A stretch of DNA of 22,400 nucleotides from Thermodesulfovibrionales bacterium (GCA_044450345.1 JBIOIY010000049.1:1-22400); one strand, 5' to 3'; counted from the first letter of the stretch, positions 7,523-16,404 are shown. A program made the numbers and translations. The notes: generated by a model not told the origin, from the letters alone.

Positions 7523-8332
7523 ATGGAGGCGACAATAAAAGATAGTGTCTTCCTGCCCTTCTTTCATTTTCTCGGCAAGAGGACAATGAACATAATCAAC
7601 AATCTTGGCGCGGTAGTCATCTTCTTGACCCTGGCCTTTCTGAAGATCTTCCGGCCTAAACAGCTTCGGGAGATTATTCAGCAGGTCTATTACATCGGCG
7701 CCAGGTCATCGACTATCGTGCTGCTCGTCGGCCTCTTCACCGGGATGGTCCTTGGCCTGCAGCTCTACTATACCCTGGTAAAATTCGGATCTCAGGGGGT
7801 CCTCGGTTCTGTCGTGGCCTTCACACTCATCAGGGAACTGGGCCCTGTCCTTACGGCGATTATGATAACCGCACGGGCGGGCTCTGCAATGACAGCCGAA
7901 ATCGGCATCCTCCGTATCTCCGAGCAAATCGACGCCCTCTATACCATGCGGATCGACCCTCAGCGGTATCTTATCAGTCCCAGGATCGCAGCCTCGATCA
8001 TCAGTTTTCCCTTGCTGACGGCCTTCTTCGATCTCATCGGAATACTCGGAGGATATCTCACGGGCGTGGTCCTCCTCGGGGTAGATAAAGGCGCCTACTT
8101 TTATCGCATCCATTCCTATGTGGAGATGGTCGACATCAGGGGCGGGTTTATCAAGTCACTCGTCTTTGCCGTGCTCGTCTCGACGATCTGCTGCTATGAG
8201 GGATATTTTACCCACCTTCGTACCGACAGCTACGGCGCAAAGAGCGTCAGTCTCTCGACCACCTCGGCAGTCGTATTATCCTGTGTCATGATCCTGATCT
8301 CAGACTACGTCGTTACCTCTTTTCTTATGTAG
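7523..8332 (+). CDS. mlaE: MlaE-family ABC permease
   Basis: GLFTGMVLGLQ, IRELGPVLTAIMITARAGSAMTAEIG, ISEQIDAL, STTSAVV. Alternative start at 7586. Confidence 0.95.
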   Translation: MEATIKDSVFLPFFHFLGKRTMNIINNLGAVVIFLTLAFLKIFRPKQLREIIQQVYYIGARSSTIVLLVGLFTGMVLGLQLYYTLVKFGSQGVLGSVVAFTLIRELGPVLTAIMITARAGSAMTAEIGILRISEQIDALYTMRIDPQRYLISPRIAASIISFPLLTAFFDLIGILGGYLTGVVLLGVDKGAYFYRIHSYVEMVDIRGGFIKSLVFAVLVSTICCYEGYFTHLRTDSYGAKSVSLSTTSAVVLSCVMILISDYVVTSFLM

Positions 8333-8340
8333 AGGACCCT

Positions 8341-9591
8341 ATGGAAACGCCATTGATAGAATTCAGAGATGTCACCAAGCGCTTTGACGAAAAGACTATT
8401 CTTGACAAGGCGAATCTCTTGATTTACGAAAACCAGATTACTACGGTCATCGGAAAGAGCGGCAGCGGCAAAAGCGTGCTTCTCAAACATATCATCGGCC
8501 TCCTCTCTCCTGATGAAGGGAGCGTACTCTTCAGGGGGAAGCCCGTGCATGAGATGAAGAAAAAGGAATGGGAGGGATACAGGAGCCAGATCAGCTACAT
8601 GTTTCAGAATAATGCCCTCTTTGATTCCATGACGGTCTTTGAAAATATAGCACTCCCGCTCAAGCAGACAACGCACCTCAGCAAAAAGGAGATCGAACAG
8701 AAGGTGATGTCACGACTCGAACAGATGGAACTCTCCGACGTTGTCAAGCAGTATCCGTCAGAGCTCTCAGGGGGGATGCAGAAGCGGGTGGCCCTGGCCC
8801 GGTCCCTCGTAACAGACCCGGCCATCGTGCTCTTCGACGAGCCGACGACAGGCCAGGACCCTATAAGGAAAAACATCATCCTGAGCATGATCGCCCATTA
8901 CAGGAAACAGTTCGGGTTTACCGCCATTCTTATCAGCCATGATATCCCCGATGTCTTCTTCATCTCTGACCGGATACTTCTCCTTTGGGAAGGGAAAATA
9001 GCTTTTAACGGGACCTATGAGGAGTTGACGAGATTTAAGCATCCCATGATCGACGAATTTCTCAGGAGCATTGATGGCCTCCGTGACGAACTCACCGGGC
9101 TTCTCTCAAAGGAGATGTTCAGGTCCCGGTATGCCATGACACTGGGCGGAGGACGTGTCGACACGACAATGACGGCAGTCGTCTTCGGCGTAAGCTTTGA
9201 CCAGATTACTGTTAAGCTCGGGGCTCAAACTGCCCTAGAGGTCCTCAAGACCCTCGGTGAGCATGTGAATGAACATTTCGGTCCACTGGGGGGATTCTCA
9301 TCCCGCCACAGGAGAGGTGAGATCCTTACGATACTGCCCCGGGTGGGTCTTGACGAAGCCGGGCAATTAGTGCATGATTTTGTCCAGAGGCTCCAGCAAA
9401 AGGCCCTTCCCGGGATCCAGGCACTTACCAGGGTCAAGACAGAAGCCGGAGAAGGTTTCGAAATATTTGTGACTGCAGGGATGACTGAGGGCAGCAGCTC
9501 CGACGACATTGATCAGATCATAGCAAAGGCTGAGGCGAATCAGAAGATAATCGCACGATACCAGTGCGGCAAGGAGGGTGCTTCAAAATGA
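8341..9591 (+). CDS. mlaF: MlaF-family ABC ATPase with C-terminal degenerate GGDEF-like domain
   Basis: Walker A GKSGSGKS, signature LSGGMQKRV, Walker B LFDEPTTG, ISHD. An extra ~170 aa starts at DELTGLL. Confidence 0.92.
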   Translation: METPLIEFRDVTKRFDEKTILDKANLLIYENQITTVIGKSGSGKSVLLKHIIGLLSPDEGSVLFRGKPVHEMKKKEWEGYRSQISYMFQNNALFDSMTVFENIALPLKQTTHLSKKEIEQKVMSRLEQMELSDVVKQYPSELSGGMQKRVALARSLVTDPAIVLFDEPTTGQDPIRKNIILSMIAHYRKQFGFTAILISHDIPDVFFISDRILLLWEGKIAFNGTYEELTRFKHPMIDEFLRSIDGLRDELTGLLSKEMFRSRYAMTLGGGRVDTTMTAVVFGVSFDQITVKLGAQTALEVLKTLGEHVNEHFGPLGGFSSRHRRGEILTILPRVGLDEAGQLVHDFVQRLQQKALPGIQALTRVKTEAGEGFEIFVTAGMTEGSSSDDIDQIIAKAEANQKIIARYQCGKEGASK

Positions 9592-10061
9592 AAAAATACT
9601 CGCTCGAAACGGTTGTCGGCATTTTTGTAGTCATCGGCCTCCTCTGCGTGGCGTACATGACAGTGAAACTCGGCAAGGTTTCACTGTTCGGGGACAACTA
9701 CTATTCACTCTATGCGCGCTTCGGTTCAGTATCGGGATTACGAGAGGGCAGCCCTATCGAGATTGACGGCATAGAGGTCGGACGGGTTGCACGACTGACC
9801 TTAGACCAGGAAAAACAGTTGCCTTTGGTTACATTGAAAATCCGGAAAGGCGTCAGGGTTTATGACGACGCCTCCGCGGCAATCAAGACTGCCGGTCTCA
9901 TCGGCGACAAGTTCGTCAAGATCGACCCGGGAGGAGGTGGTGAAGTCCTCAAGCCGGGAGGGACGATCACCGAGACTACCACCGCCGTTGATATAGAGGA
10001 ACTTATCAGTAAATATGCGTTTGGGGACATCAAAAAAGACGGTAAGAAGGAGGCCGAATGA
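9588..10061 (+). CDS. mlaD: MlaD / MCE substrate-binding protein
   Basis: AAGGAGG SD; ATGA overlap with mlaF; ETVVGIFV TM; MCE motifs SGLREGSPI...GIEVGRV and IKTAGLIGDKFV. Confidence 0.95.
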   Translation: MKKYSLETVVGIFVVIGLLCVAYMTVKLGKVSLFGDNYYSLYARFGSVSGLREGSPIEIDGIEVGRVARLTLDQEKQLPLVTLKIRKGVRVYDDASAAIKTAGLIGDKFVKIDPGGGGEVLKPGGTITETTTAVDIEELISKYAFGDIKKDGKKEAE

Positions 10062-10672
10062 GCTTTAAGGAAGAAGTCATGAAGAAATATCTTGTCAGCA
10101 TGGTCCTCATTGTTTGCCTGATTTGCCCGGTCCCGGCCCTTGCAGGTGTACCGCTTGATACCGTAAAGGGCTATGCCGACAAGGTGCTTGACGTACTGCG
10201 GGACCCGGCCCTCAAGGCTGAAGCTGCTAAGAAGACCAAAAAGGAAAAACTCCGGGCCATTTCAGAGAAGATGTTTGACTTTACCGAACTCTCCAGGAGA
10301 ACCCTGGCCAATAACTGGAAAAAGCTCAGTCCGGAGCAGCAGAAGGAATTTGTCGAGCTCTATACGTCTCTTCTCGAGGATACCTATGCAAATAAGATCC
10401 TGGCGTACAGTGATGAAAAGATCAACTTCACCAAAGAGGTTCCCCTCAGTGAAAAGACGGTTGAGGTGCAGAGCACGGTCCTGAGAACAAAGGGAGATAT
10501 CCCGATTTACTATAGGGTAATTATTAAGGACGGTTCGTGGAGGGTCTACGATGTAGTCATTGAAGGGGTAAGCCTCATCAATAACTACCGCTCTCAATTC
10601 AAAGAAATGCTCGCAAACAAACCGCCGGAGTCATTACTCGAGACCCTGAGGAAAAAGGTGGGCAAAGCCTGA
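10058..10672 (+). CDS. mlaC: MlaC/Ttg2D periplasmic lipid shuttle
   Basis: Signal peptide; FDFTELSRRTL, WRVYDVVIEGVSLINNYRSQF. Alternative start at 10079. Confidence 0.95.
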   Translation: MSFKEEVMKKYLVSMVLIVCLICPVPALAGVPLDTVKGYADKVLDVLRDPALKAEAAKKTKKEKLRAISEKMFDFTELSRRTLANNWKKLSPEQQKEFVELYTSLLEDTYANKILAYSDEKINFTKEVPLSEKTVEVQSTVLRTKGDIPIYYRVIIKDGSWRVYDVVIEGVSLINNYRSQFKEMLANKPPESLLETLRKKVGKA

Positions 10673-10950
10673 GCCATGCGTAAAGAGACCGCAAAAGAAG
10701 AAAATCCGTTAAGCTCATACATAATTTCATGCTGATCTCCGTTCTTGTGCTCTGTCCGCTCTCTCTCCGCGCAGCTACTCCTTCAACGGCCCCGACATGC
10801 TTCAAATGTAATCCTCTCATAGCGTGACAGTCATTTCGACGTGGATACCCCTGTGTGATACCTTGAAATCAAGATTTTGCAAATTGATTGGAGGGCGATG
10901 CGCAAGGAGGGCCAGAATTTCTTGCGGCCGGACGGTATAATATTCCTTTG

Positions 10951-12612
10951 ATGAATGCGAAGAAGAAAATAGTCCTTTTTGTCCTTGGCGGCGGTGCCGC
11001 AGCCCTTGTTCTGGCAGTAGTCGTTTTTGCCCTCACCTTCGACATAAATTCCTACAGGCCCCGCATCGAGGCGGTTGCCTCCAAGGCGACCGGCCTGGAG
11101 GTCAGAATCAAAGGGAAGATGGGGCTCTCTTTTTTTCCCTTTGGCATATCGGCCAAGGACATACATGTTACCAGCAGGGGAGACGAAATCCTTTCCCTTG
11201 AGAACCTGAAGCTTGGGGCTGAGTTGATGCCCCTTCTGAAGAAGCAACTTAAAGTCACCAGTTGCGAACTCGTCAAACCGGTCGTCACCATCGTGCAAGA
11301 CGCTGAGGGAAAATATAATTTCGAAAACGCTGAAAAAAAATCCACTGAAAGGGGACCCGGAGCAGCCTTCAGTTTGAATGATCTCAAGCTGTCCAAAGGG
11401 GTAATAGTCTATCTCGACAAGAAAACGGGGGAAAAGACGGAGTTTAAGGATTTCAATCTGGCTATCAAGGACCTCTCGATAGAAGGAGACGTCATAAAGA
11501 ACGCCTCGTTCACAGGAAGTTTCGACTGCAAGGAAGTGCTGCAAAAGGACTTCAGGATCGAGAATCTCAAGGCCCCTGTGAAGGCCGTCAAGGGGATATA
11601 CCATTTGGAACCTCTTGCCATAGAGGCGCTCGTCTACCTTGACAAGAAGGCGGGTGAAAAGACCGAGTTGAAAAAAATCAATCTTGCTATCAAGGATCTT
11701 TCGGTAGTGGATACCTCAGGGGCTATTATAAAGAACATCGCCTTCACAGGAAACATGGACTGCAAGGAGGTTCGGAAAAGAGACCTCAGGCTCGACAAAG
11801 TCAAGAGTCCTATAAAAGTGGAGAAGGGAGTAATCTACCTCATGTCCCTTACCATGGATATCTTCGGCGCGAAGGCTGAGGGAGATGCCACGGCAGACAA
11901 GTCGGAAGTCGATGCTCTGTATAAAATCAATTTAAAGGTATCGAAGCTGGACTTCGAAAAACTCGAGGAGTCTTTCGGCACAAAAAAGGTTATCGGCGGG
12001 AAGGGTGATCTTTATGCTTCCCTGACGATGAAAGAAAAAGGAAATCGCAATCTGATGAGCGGCCTGGACGGTACTTTTTCTCTCCGCGGTGATAATCTCG
12101 TCATGTATACTATGGACCCCGACAAGGTCCTCTCATCGTATGAAACGAGCCAGAAGTTCAACCTCGTCGACCTCGGCGCTTTCTTCATCGCAGGCCCGCT
12201 CAGTACCGTTGCGCTCAAGGGGTACCATTATGGGGACGTTTACAACCAGACCCGGGGAGGACGGGGTGTCATCACGAAGTTCATCTCCCACTGGAAGATC
12301 AAAAACGGCGTGGCGGACGCTACGGACTGCGCCCTTGCGACGCACCATAACCGGGTCGCACTTAAAGGCAAGCTTGATCTTGTCGGCGAGCAATATGACA
12401 ATGTAATAGTGGCGCTTCTCGATGACAAGGGATGTGCAAAATTCAAACAAGGCATCAGCGGTCCCTTCGGCAATCCCAAGGTCGGCGCGGTAAGCGCGGT
12501 CGAGTCCCTTGCCGGCCCAATCTCCAATCTCTACAGAAAGGCAAAACGCTTTCTTCAAGGCGGCAAATGCGAGGTATTTTATAACGGCGCTGTGCAGCAA
12601 CCTCCAAAATGA
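10951..12612 (+). CDS. AsmA-family protein with internal tandem duplication
   Basis: N-terminal TM anchor, then FDINSYRPRIE...ATGLEVRIKG...LSFFP (AsmA N-terminus); beta-rich body; AsmA-like C-terminus (WKIKNGVA...LKGKLDL). The track start at 10888 is probably too early. Confidence 0.85.
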   Translation: MNAKKKIVLFVLGGGAAALVLAVVVFALTFDINSYRPRIEAVASKATGLEVRIKGKMGLSFFPFGISAKDIHVTSRGDEILSLENLKLGAELMPLLKKQLKVTSCELVKPVVTIVQDAEGKYNFENAEKKSTERGPGAAFSLNDLKLSKGVIVYLDKKTGEKTEFKDFNLAIKDLSIEGDVIKNASFTGSFDCKEVLQKDFRIENLKAPVKAVKGIYHLEPLAIEALVYLDKKAGEKTELKKINLAIKDLSVVDTSGAIIKNIAFTGNMDCKEVRKRDLRLDKVKSPIKVEKGVIYLMSLTMDIFGAKAEGDATADKSEVDALYKINLKVSKLDFEKLEESFGTKKVIGGKGDLYASLTMKEKGNRNLMSGLDGTFSLRGDNLVMYTMDPDKVLSSYETSQKFNLVDLGAFFIAGPLSTVALKGYHYGDVYNQTRGGRGVITKFISHWKIKNGVADATDCALATHHNRVALKGKLDLVGEQYDNVIVALLDDKGCAKFKQGISGPFGNPKVGAVSAVESLAGPISNLYRKAKRFLQGGKCEVFYNGAVQQPPK

Positions 12613-12649
12613 TTCTCTTCCGCGCCATAGGGTTGGAGTATCCCGACAC

Positions 12650-13699
12650 TCACTGAAGACCTGTCGAAATCCGTCGCTGGAGTATCACCTGGTTTTTATG
12701 CTCTTTTGTCTTGAATGTGAGGTAGTCCTTCTTGTCCAGATCGAAAAGCTGTTTCCTGTAGCGGCTCGTAAGATCATACCACTTGATGGTCCTCATGCTG
12801 AAACGACTTTCTTCGGGATAGGGCAACATATTCATGAAGGACTGGATCGCAAAATAGTACCGCACAGCATTGCGTTCAATCGCGCCGCGAGGCCCGCCGA
12901 TATAGAGGGGGTTGCCGTTTCTGTCTGTTCCGGTCACCGTGAACCCTGCCTTGCCCCAACCTAATGTCGCAAAATAGACCTTTTCCGCGAGGCGAAGTGC
13001 AACGCTGTCGCTGTATGTATAACTGACGTGGACAAAAGTCCTTCCCCCGTCAAGGGGCAGGGCCTCGAACCTCATCCTGTGGTCCTTCGTGCCGAAGGGG
13101 CCTGCATCGGCACTGAGAATGATATCCAGATACCCCTGCTGCTGATCAACGCTCCGGTAATGGTAAATGATTTGACGCGCACCTTCCGGAGGTTGATAGA
13201 CTTTGCGGCCGATGTAAAAGGTCAACAGCCATGTTCCGGGCAGTTCCCTGTATGTGCACGCCTTGACATTAGGATGGAGGGATACGATATCGCACCAGTT
13301 TGCCGGAACCTTGAGCACGTTGACAACGCTGCTGAAGGGGTAATCGAAGATCCCGTAGACATCCGCGTGCACTTTGTCGTCTCGCTCAAAAGACTCCAGA
13401 CAGAGAGGAAGGCCGAAGCTGTTTGTCTCCAATTTGGCCATGTTCCTGTGATAGGTGTCGAGCAGGATGTCTTCGCCCTGCCGGGGCTTTTCGACAGCTG
13501 AAGCGGGACCGGCGGAAAAAAAAATTGCAGCTGCAACCATGAACAGGAAGACTTTCGATAAGAGTTCACCGCGGAGGCGCAGAGAAGGCATTTGATATGA
13601 TACCCGGAATATCACTTTTGTTTTCCGCCTTCTCAGCGGAAAACAAAAAGATCTCCAACTCTGCGTCCTCTGTGTCTCTGCGGTGAAAATTTTCTTCAT
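12650..13699 (-). CDS. Hypothetical exported protein; N-terminus interrupted in frame by a palindromic element
   Basis: 349-aa ORF 18 bp downstream of the PLD gene; signal h-region FLFMVAAAIFFSAGPASA; mixed alpha/beta body. Confidence 0.8.
   Translation of the reverse strand: MKKIFTAETQRTQSWRSFCFPLRRRKTKVIFRVSYQMPSLRLRGELLSKVFLFMVAAAIFFSAGPASAVEKPRQGEDILLDTYHRNMAKLETNSFGLPLCLESFERDDKVHADVYGIFDYPFSSVVNVLKVPANWCDIVSLHPNVKACTYRELPGTWLLTFYIGRKVYQPPEGARQIIYHYRSVDQQQGYLDIILSADAGPFGTKDHRMRFEALPLDGGRTFVHVSYTYSDSVALRLAEKVYFATLGWGKAGFTVTGTDRNGNPLYIGGPRGAIERNAVRYYFAIQSFMNMLPYPEESRFSMRTIKWYDLTSRYRKQLFDLDKKDYLTFKTKEHKNQVILQRRISTGLQ
13565..13687. mobile_element. 123-bp palindromic MITE-like element
   Basis: Terminal IRs TTCACCGCGGAGGCGCAGAG / CTCTGTGTCTCTGCGGTGAA (17/20); internal perfect 13-bp stem TTTTGTTTTCCGC-N7-GCGGAAAACAAAA (13616-13648). 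Confidence 0.8.
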
Positions 13700-13717
13700 T
13701 GGGTCGACCGGGATCTT

Positions 13718-15109
13718 TTACATCCAATGGGAAAATAAGTGCGCAAAGCACTCCCTGATCCTTTGGAACAGGGGCCTCTTTTTCCACTCTTCCCATTGAA
13801 TCTGGTCGGACTCGGCAAGGTCCATGGCAAACATCTTCTCCATTTCGCCGGCAAACTCGCGACTCAGGATAACCGCATTCACCTCGTCATCGCTCAACAA
13901 GCTCCATGAGTCCATGTTGGTAGAGCCGACTGTCGACCAGACTTCGTCAATCACCGCAGTTTTTGCATGCAGCAGGGCGTTTCGGCGTTCGTATATCTTC
14001 ACCCCCGATTTTAAAAGCTCGGAATAATTGTACCTCGCCGCATATAAGGCCAGCGAAGAATCGCTGGTTGAGGGAAGAATAATCTTTACGTCAATACCGC
14101 GTCTGGCAGCATCAGTGAAGGCATCCAGTGTCTGGTCGTCGGGGATAAAATAGGCATTCGTCAGATGGACCGAATGCTCAGCAAAAGTGATGGCTGACAC
14201 ATAGACGATAAAAGTGATTCGATTGTCCTGTCCCGGAGTGCTGCCGACCACCCGCACCAGTGCGTTCCCCCCTTCTTTCAGATCAGGGAAATAGTTCCGT
14301 TCAGAAAGTTCCAGACCCTTCTGCTTCTGCCACGTATCAAGAAATAGTTTTTGCAACTCGGCGACGGCAGGGCCTTCGATTTGAACATCTGTGTCACGCC
14401 AGGGCAGCGGTGCCTTTTCGTCCTTGTCCCTGCGGAAGGGCGTGCTCGAATAGACCTTACTGATGTTGATACCCCCTGTAATGGCAACTTTGCCATCGAT
14501 GATCAAAATCTTGCGGTGGTCCGGATGCGCCAGGTGCCAATGCCCCTGGGCCTTGAACGGATTTAGCGGATTGAATTCGACCACCTGAATTCCCCCGTCC
14601 CGCAAGCGCTGAAAAAAGGGAGCCGGAGTACTGAAACTGCCGACGCTGTCAAAAATGAGATTTACCTGGACGCCCTCCGCCTGTTTCTGCAACAACAGAT
14701 CGGCAAATCTGCGGCCTGTTTCATCATCTTCGATGATAAAGGTTTCAAGGTTGATATGGTCTCTGGCATCCTGTATTGCTTTAAACATTGCGGCATAGGC
14801 GGCCTTGCCATCAACGAGCAGATTGACTTTGTTCCCTTTCGTCAGCGGGCTTTCGGTCACCGATTCCACCACGGCATTGTGGCGTTCCAAAATGTCCGTA
14901 GGGTTGACCGAGCTCTTCAGCCTTTCCATGATGGCCTTGCTCTTTTGGGAAGATAACAGTCCTGTGGACGAAACGATTTGACGAGGTTCCTCCGTAGTCG
15001 GAGCCCCATCAATAATTTCAGAGGCGTTCGGCAAGGTCGCACATCCATTGCTGAGGCTCAAGACGGATACGAACAGAAAGGATAAAAAGAAAGGCTTGGC
15101 TCTTTTCAT
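13718..15109 (-). CDS. cls: Cardiolipin synthase-type phospholipase D (ClsB-like) with predicted lipoprotein signal
   Basis: Two HKD motifs (HRKILIIDG, HAKTAVIDE); WRDTDVQIEGP, TNAYFIP, GSTNMD. Start placed at MKRAKPFF (15109); the track start is 15184. Confidence 0.9.
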   Translation of the reverse strand: MKRAKPFFLSFLFVSVLSLSNGCATLPNASEIIDGAPTTEEPRQIVSSTGLLSSQKSKAIMERLKSSVNPTDILERHNAVVESVTESPLTKGNKVNLLVDGKAAYAAMFKAIQDARDHINLETFIIEDDETGRRFADLLLQKQAEGVQVNLIFDSVGSFSTPAPFFQRLRDGGIQVVEFNPLNPFKAQGHWHLAHPDHRKILIIDGKVAITGGINISKVYSSTPFRRDKDEKAPLPWRDTDVQIEGPAVAELQKLFLDTWQKQKGLELSERNYFPDLKEGGNALVRVVGSTPGQDNRITFIVYVSAITFAEHSVHLTNAYFIPDDQTLDAFTDAARRGIDVKIILPSTSDSSLALYAARYNYSELLKSGVKIYERRNALLHAKTAVIDEVWSTVGSTNMDSWSLLSDDEVNAVILSREFAGEMEKMFAMDLAESDQIQWEEWKKRPLFQRIRECFAHLFSHWM

Positions 15110-15263
15110 GATCTCGTCATTAACTTTAGCACGAAAACAAAATTTTGGCTTAAGGACCATGTCTATCGGGTTTCTCACCGTCATTATTAGTTGGCGGACA
15201 CTGAGACTACAGTGAGCATAATTCTCTGATTATGTCGTGACATCACTTGAGACAAATCTATTT

Positions 15264-15272
15264 TGTTATAAT
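15264..15272 (+). promoter_or_regulatory. Extended -10 promoter
   Basis: Perfect TGtTATAAT, 7 nt before the ATG at 15280. Confidence 0.65.
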
Positions 15273-15279
15273 AGTCACT

Positions 15280-16404
15280 ATGGCCGGCATAGACATTATT
15301 GCTGTGGAAGGGGGATCAAAATTAAAGGACTTCATTGACCTTCCATGGAAGATCTATGCTGAGTACCCCCGCTGGGTTCCCCCAATTAAGAAAGAGGTCC
15401 GCCGGATGCTGGACCCACACAAGCACCCTTTCTGGGAGTTTTCCGAACGCATCCTCTTTCTGGCCCGGCGTGGTTCAAAGACGGTGGGAAGGATCGCGGG
15501 CATCATAGATCGTCGTAATAACGAGTTCCACAACGAAAAGATGGGCATTTGGGGATTCTTCGAATGTGCCGACGATGCGGAGGCCGCAACGGCCCTCTTC
15601 TCTTCCGTTGAGACGTGGGTCCGCCAGAAGGGGATGACCTTCCTAAGAGGTCCGCTCAACCCTTCGATGAATAACGAGTCGGGACTGCTTATCGAGGGGT
15701 TCGATTATCCACCTGCTGTGTCGATGACTTACAATCCACCGTATTACCTCAGGCTGATCGAATCGTGCGGCTTCACCAAAGAGAAAGACCTGCTCGCCTT
15801 TCTGCTGGATGGAGGCGATTACCGGCTGCCTGATTGGATGGACCGTCTCGCCGGACGGACCGCCCAAAAAAAAGGTGTCCGCATCAGGCACGTTGATCCG
15901 AAGAATCGGGATGCCGAGTTCGCCCTGATCAGGGAGATCTACAATGATTCCTGGTCCGGCAACTGGGGTTTCGTCCCCCTGACGGAAAATGAGATGAAGG
16001 ACATTCAAAAAAGTGTGAAGCCCTTCGCGGACCCGGACCTCGTGTTCTTCATCTACTATGAGGATGAGCCGGCGGCGGTCTGCGTGATCTTTCCTGATAT
16101 CAATCCTTTGCTCAAACGCCTCAACGGCAGGATAGGCCTGCTCGGTCTGTTCAAGGCGCTCATCTATCGGCGGGAGATCAACGGATTGCGGTTGGTGATG
16201 TTCGGAATCAGGGAGAAGTATCGACAACTGGGGCTTCCCATGTTGGCGTTCCGCCACATCTATAAGATTGCGAGGGGGAAAAAGGACTATCAGCATCTGG
16301 AGATGGGCTGGACCCTGGAGGACAATGAGTCGATCAACGCATTGATAGGGGAAGCCGGCGCAAGAATGTACAAGAAATATCGCATATTCAGAAAGTCGTT
16401 ATAA
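15280..16404 (+). CDS. Tandem-GNAT N-acyltransferase, YghO/bacterial ceramide synthase (bCerS)-like
   Basis: FIDLPWKIY...WVPP, VGRIAGI, GFFEC, GPLNPSMNNESGLLIEGF, YNPPYY, WSGNWGFVP, EMGWTLEDN, YKKYRIF. Family recognised from memory, not by search. Confidence 0.75.
   Translation: MAGIDIIAVEGGSKLKDFIDLPWKIYAEYPRWVPPIKKEVRRMLDPHKHPFWEFSERILFLARRGSKTVGRIAGIIDRRNNEFHNEKMGIWGFFECADDAEAATALFSSVETWVRQKGMTFLRGPLNPSMNNESGLLIEGFDYPPAVSMTYNPPYYLRLIESCGFTKEKDLLAFLLDGGDYRLPDWMDRLAGRTAQKKGVRIRHVDPKNRDAEFALIREIYNDSWSGNWGFVPLTENEMKDIQKSVKPFADPDLVFFIYYEDEPAAVCVIFPDINPLLKRLNGRIGLLGLFKALIYRREINGLRLVMFGIREKYRQLGLPMLAFRHIYKIARGKKDYQHLEMGWTLEDNESINALIGEAGARMYKKYRIFRKSL

Noticed and set aside
10676..10827. Short frames after mlaC, including MLISVLVLCPLSLRAATPS
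   Set aside because: Could be a gene remnant, but it is frameshifted, short and has no recognisable family.
10831..16296. Long opposite-strand ORFs (10831-11604, 12133-12600, 13028-13501, 15643-16296)
   Set aside because: They overlap well-supported genes on the other strand and have no motifs.
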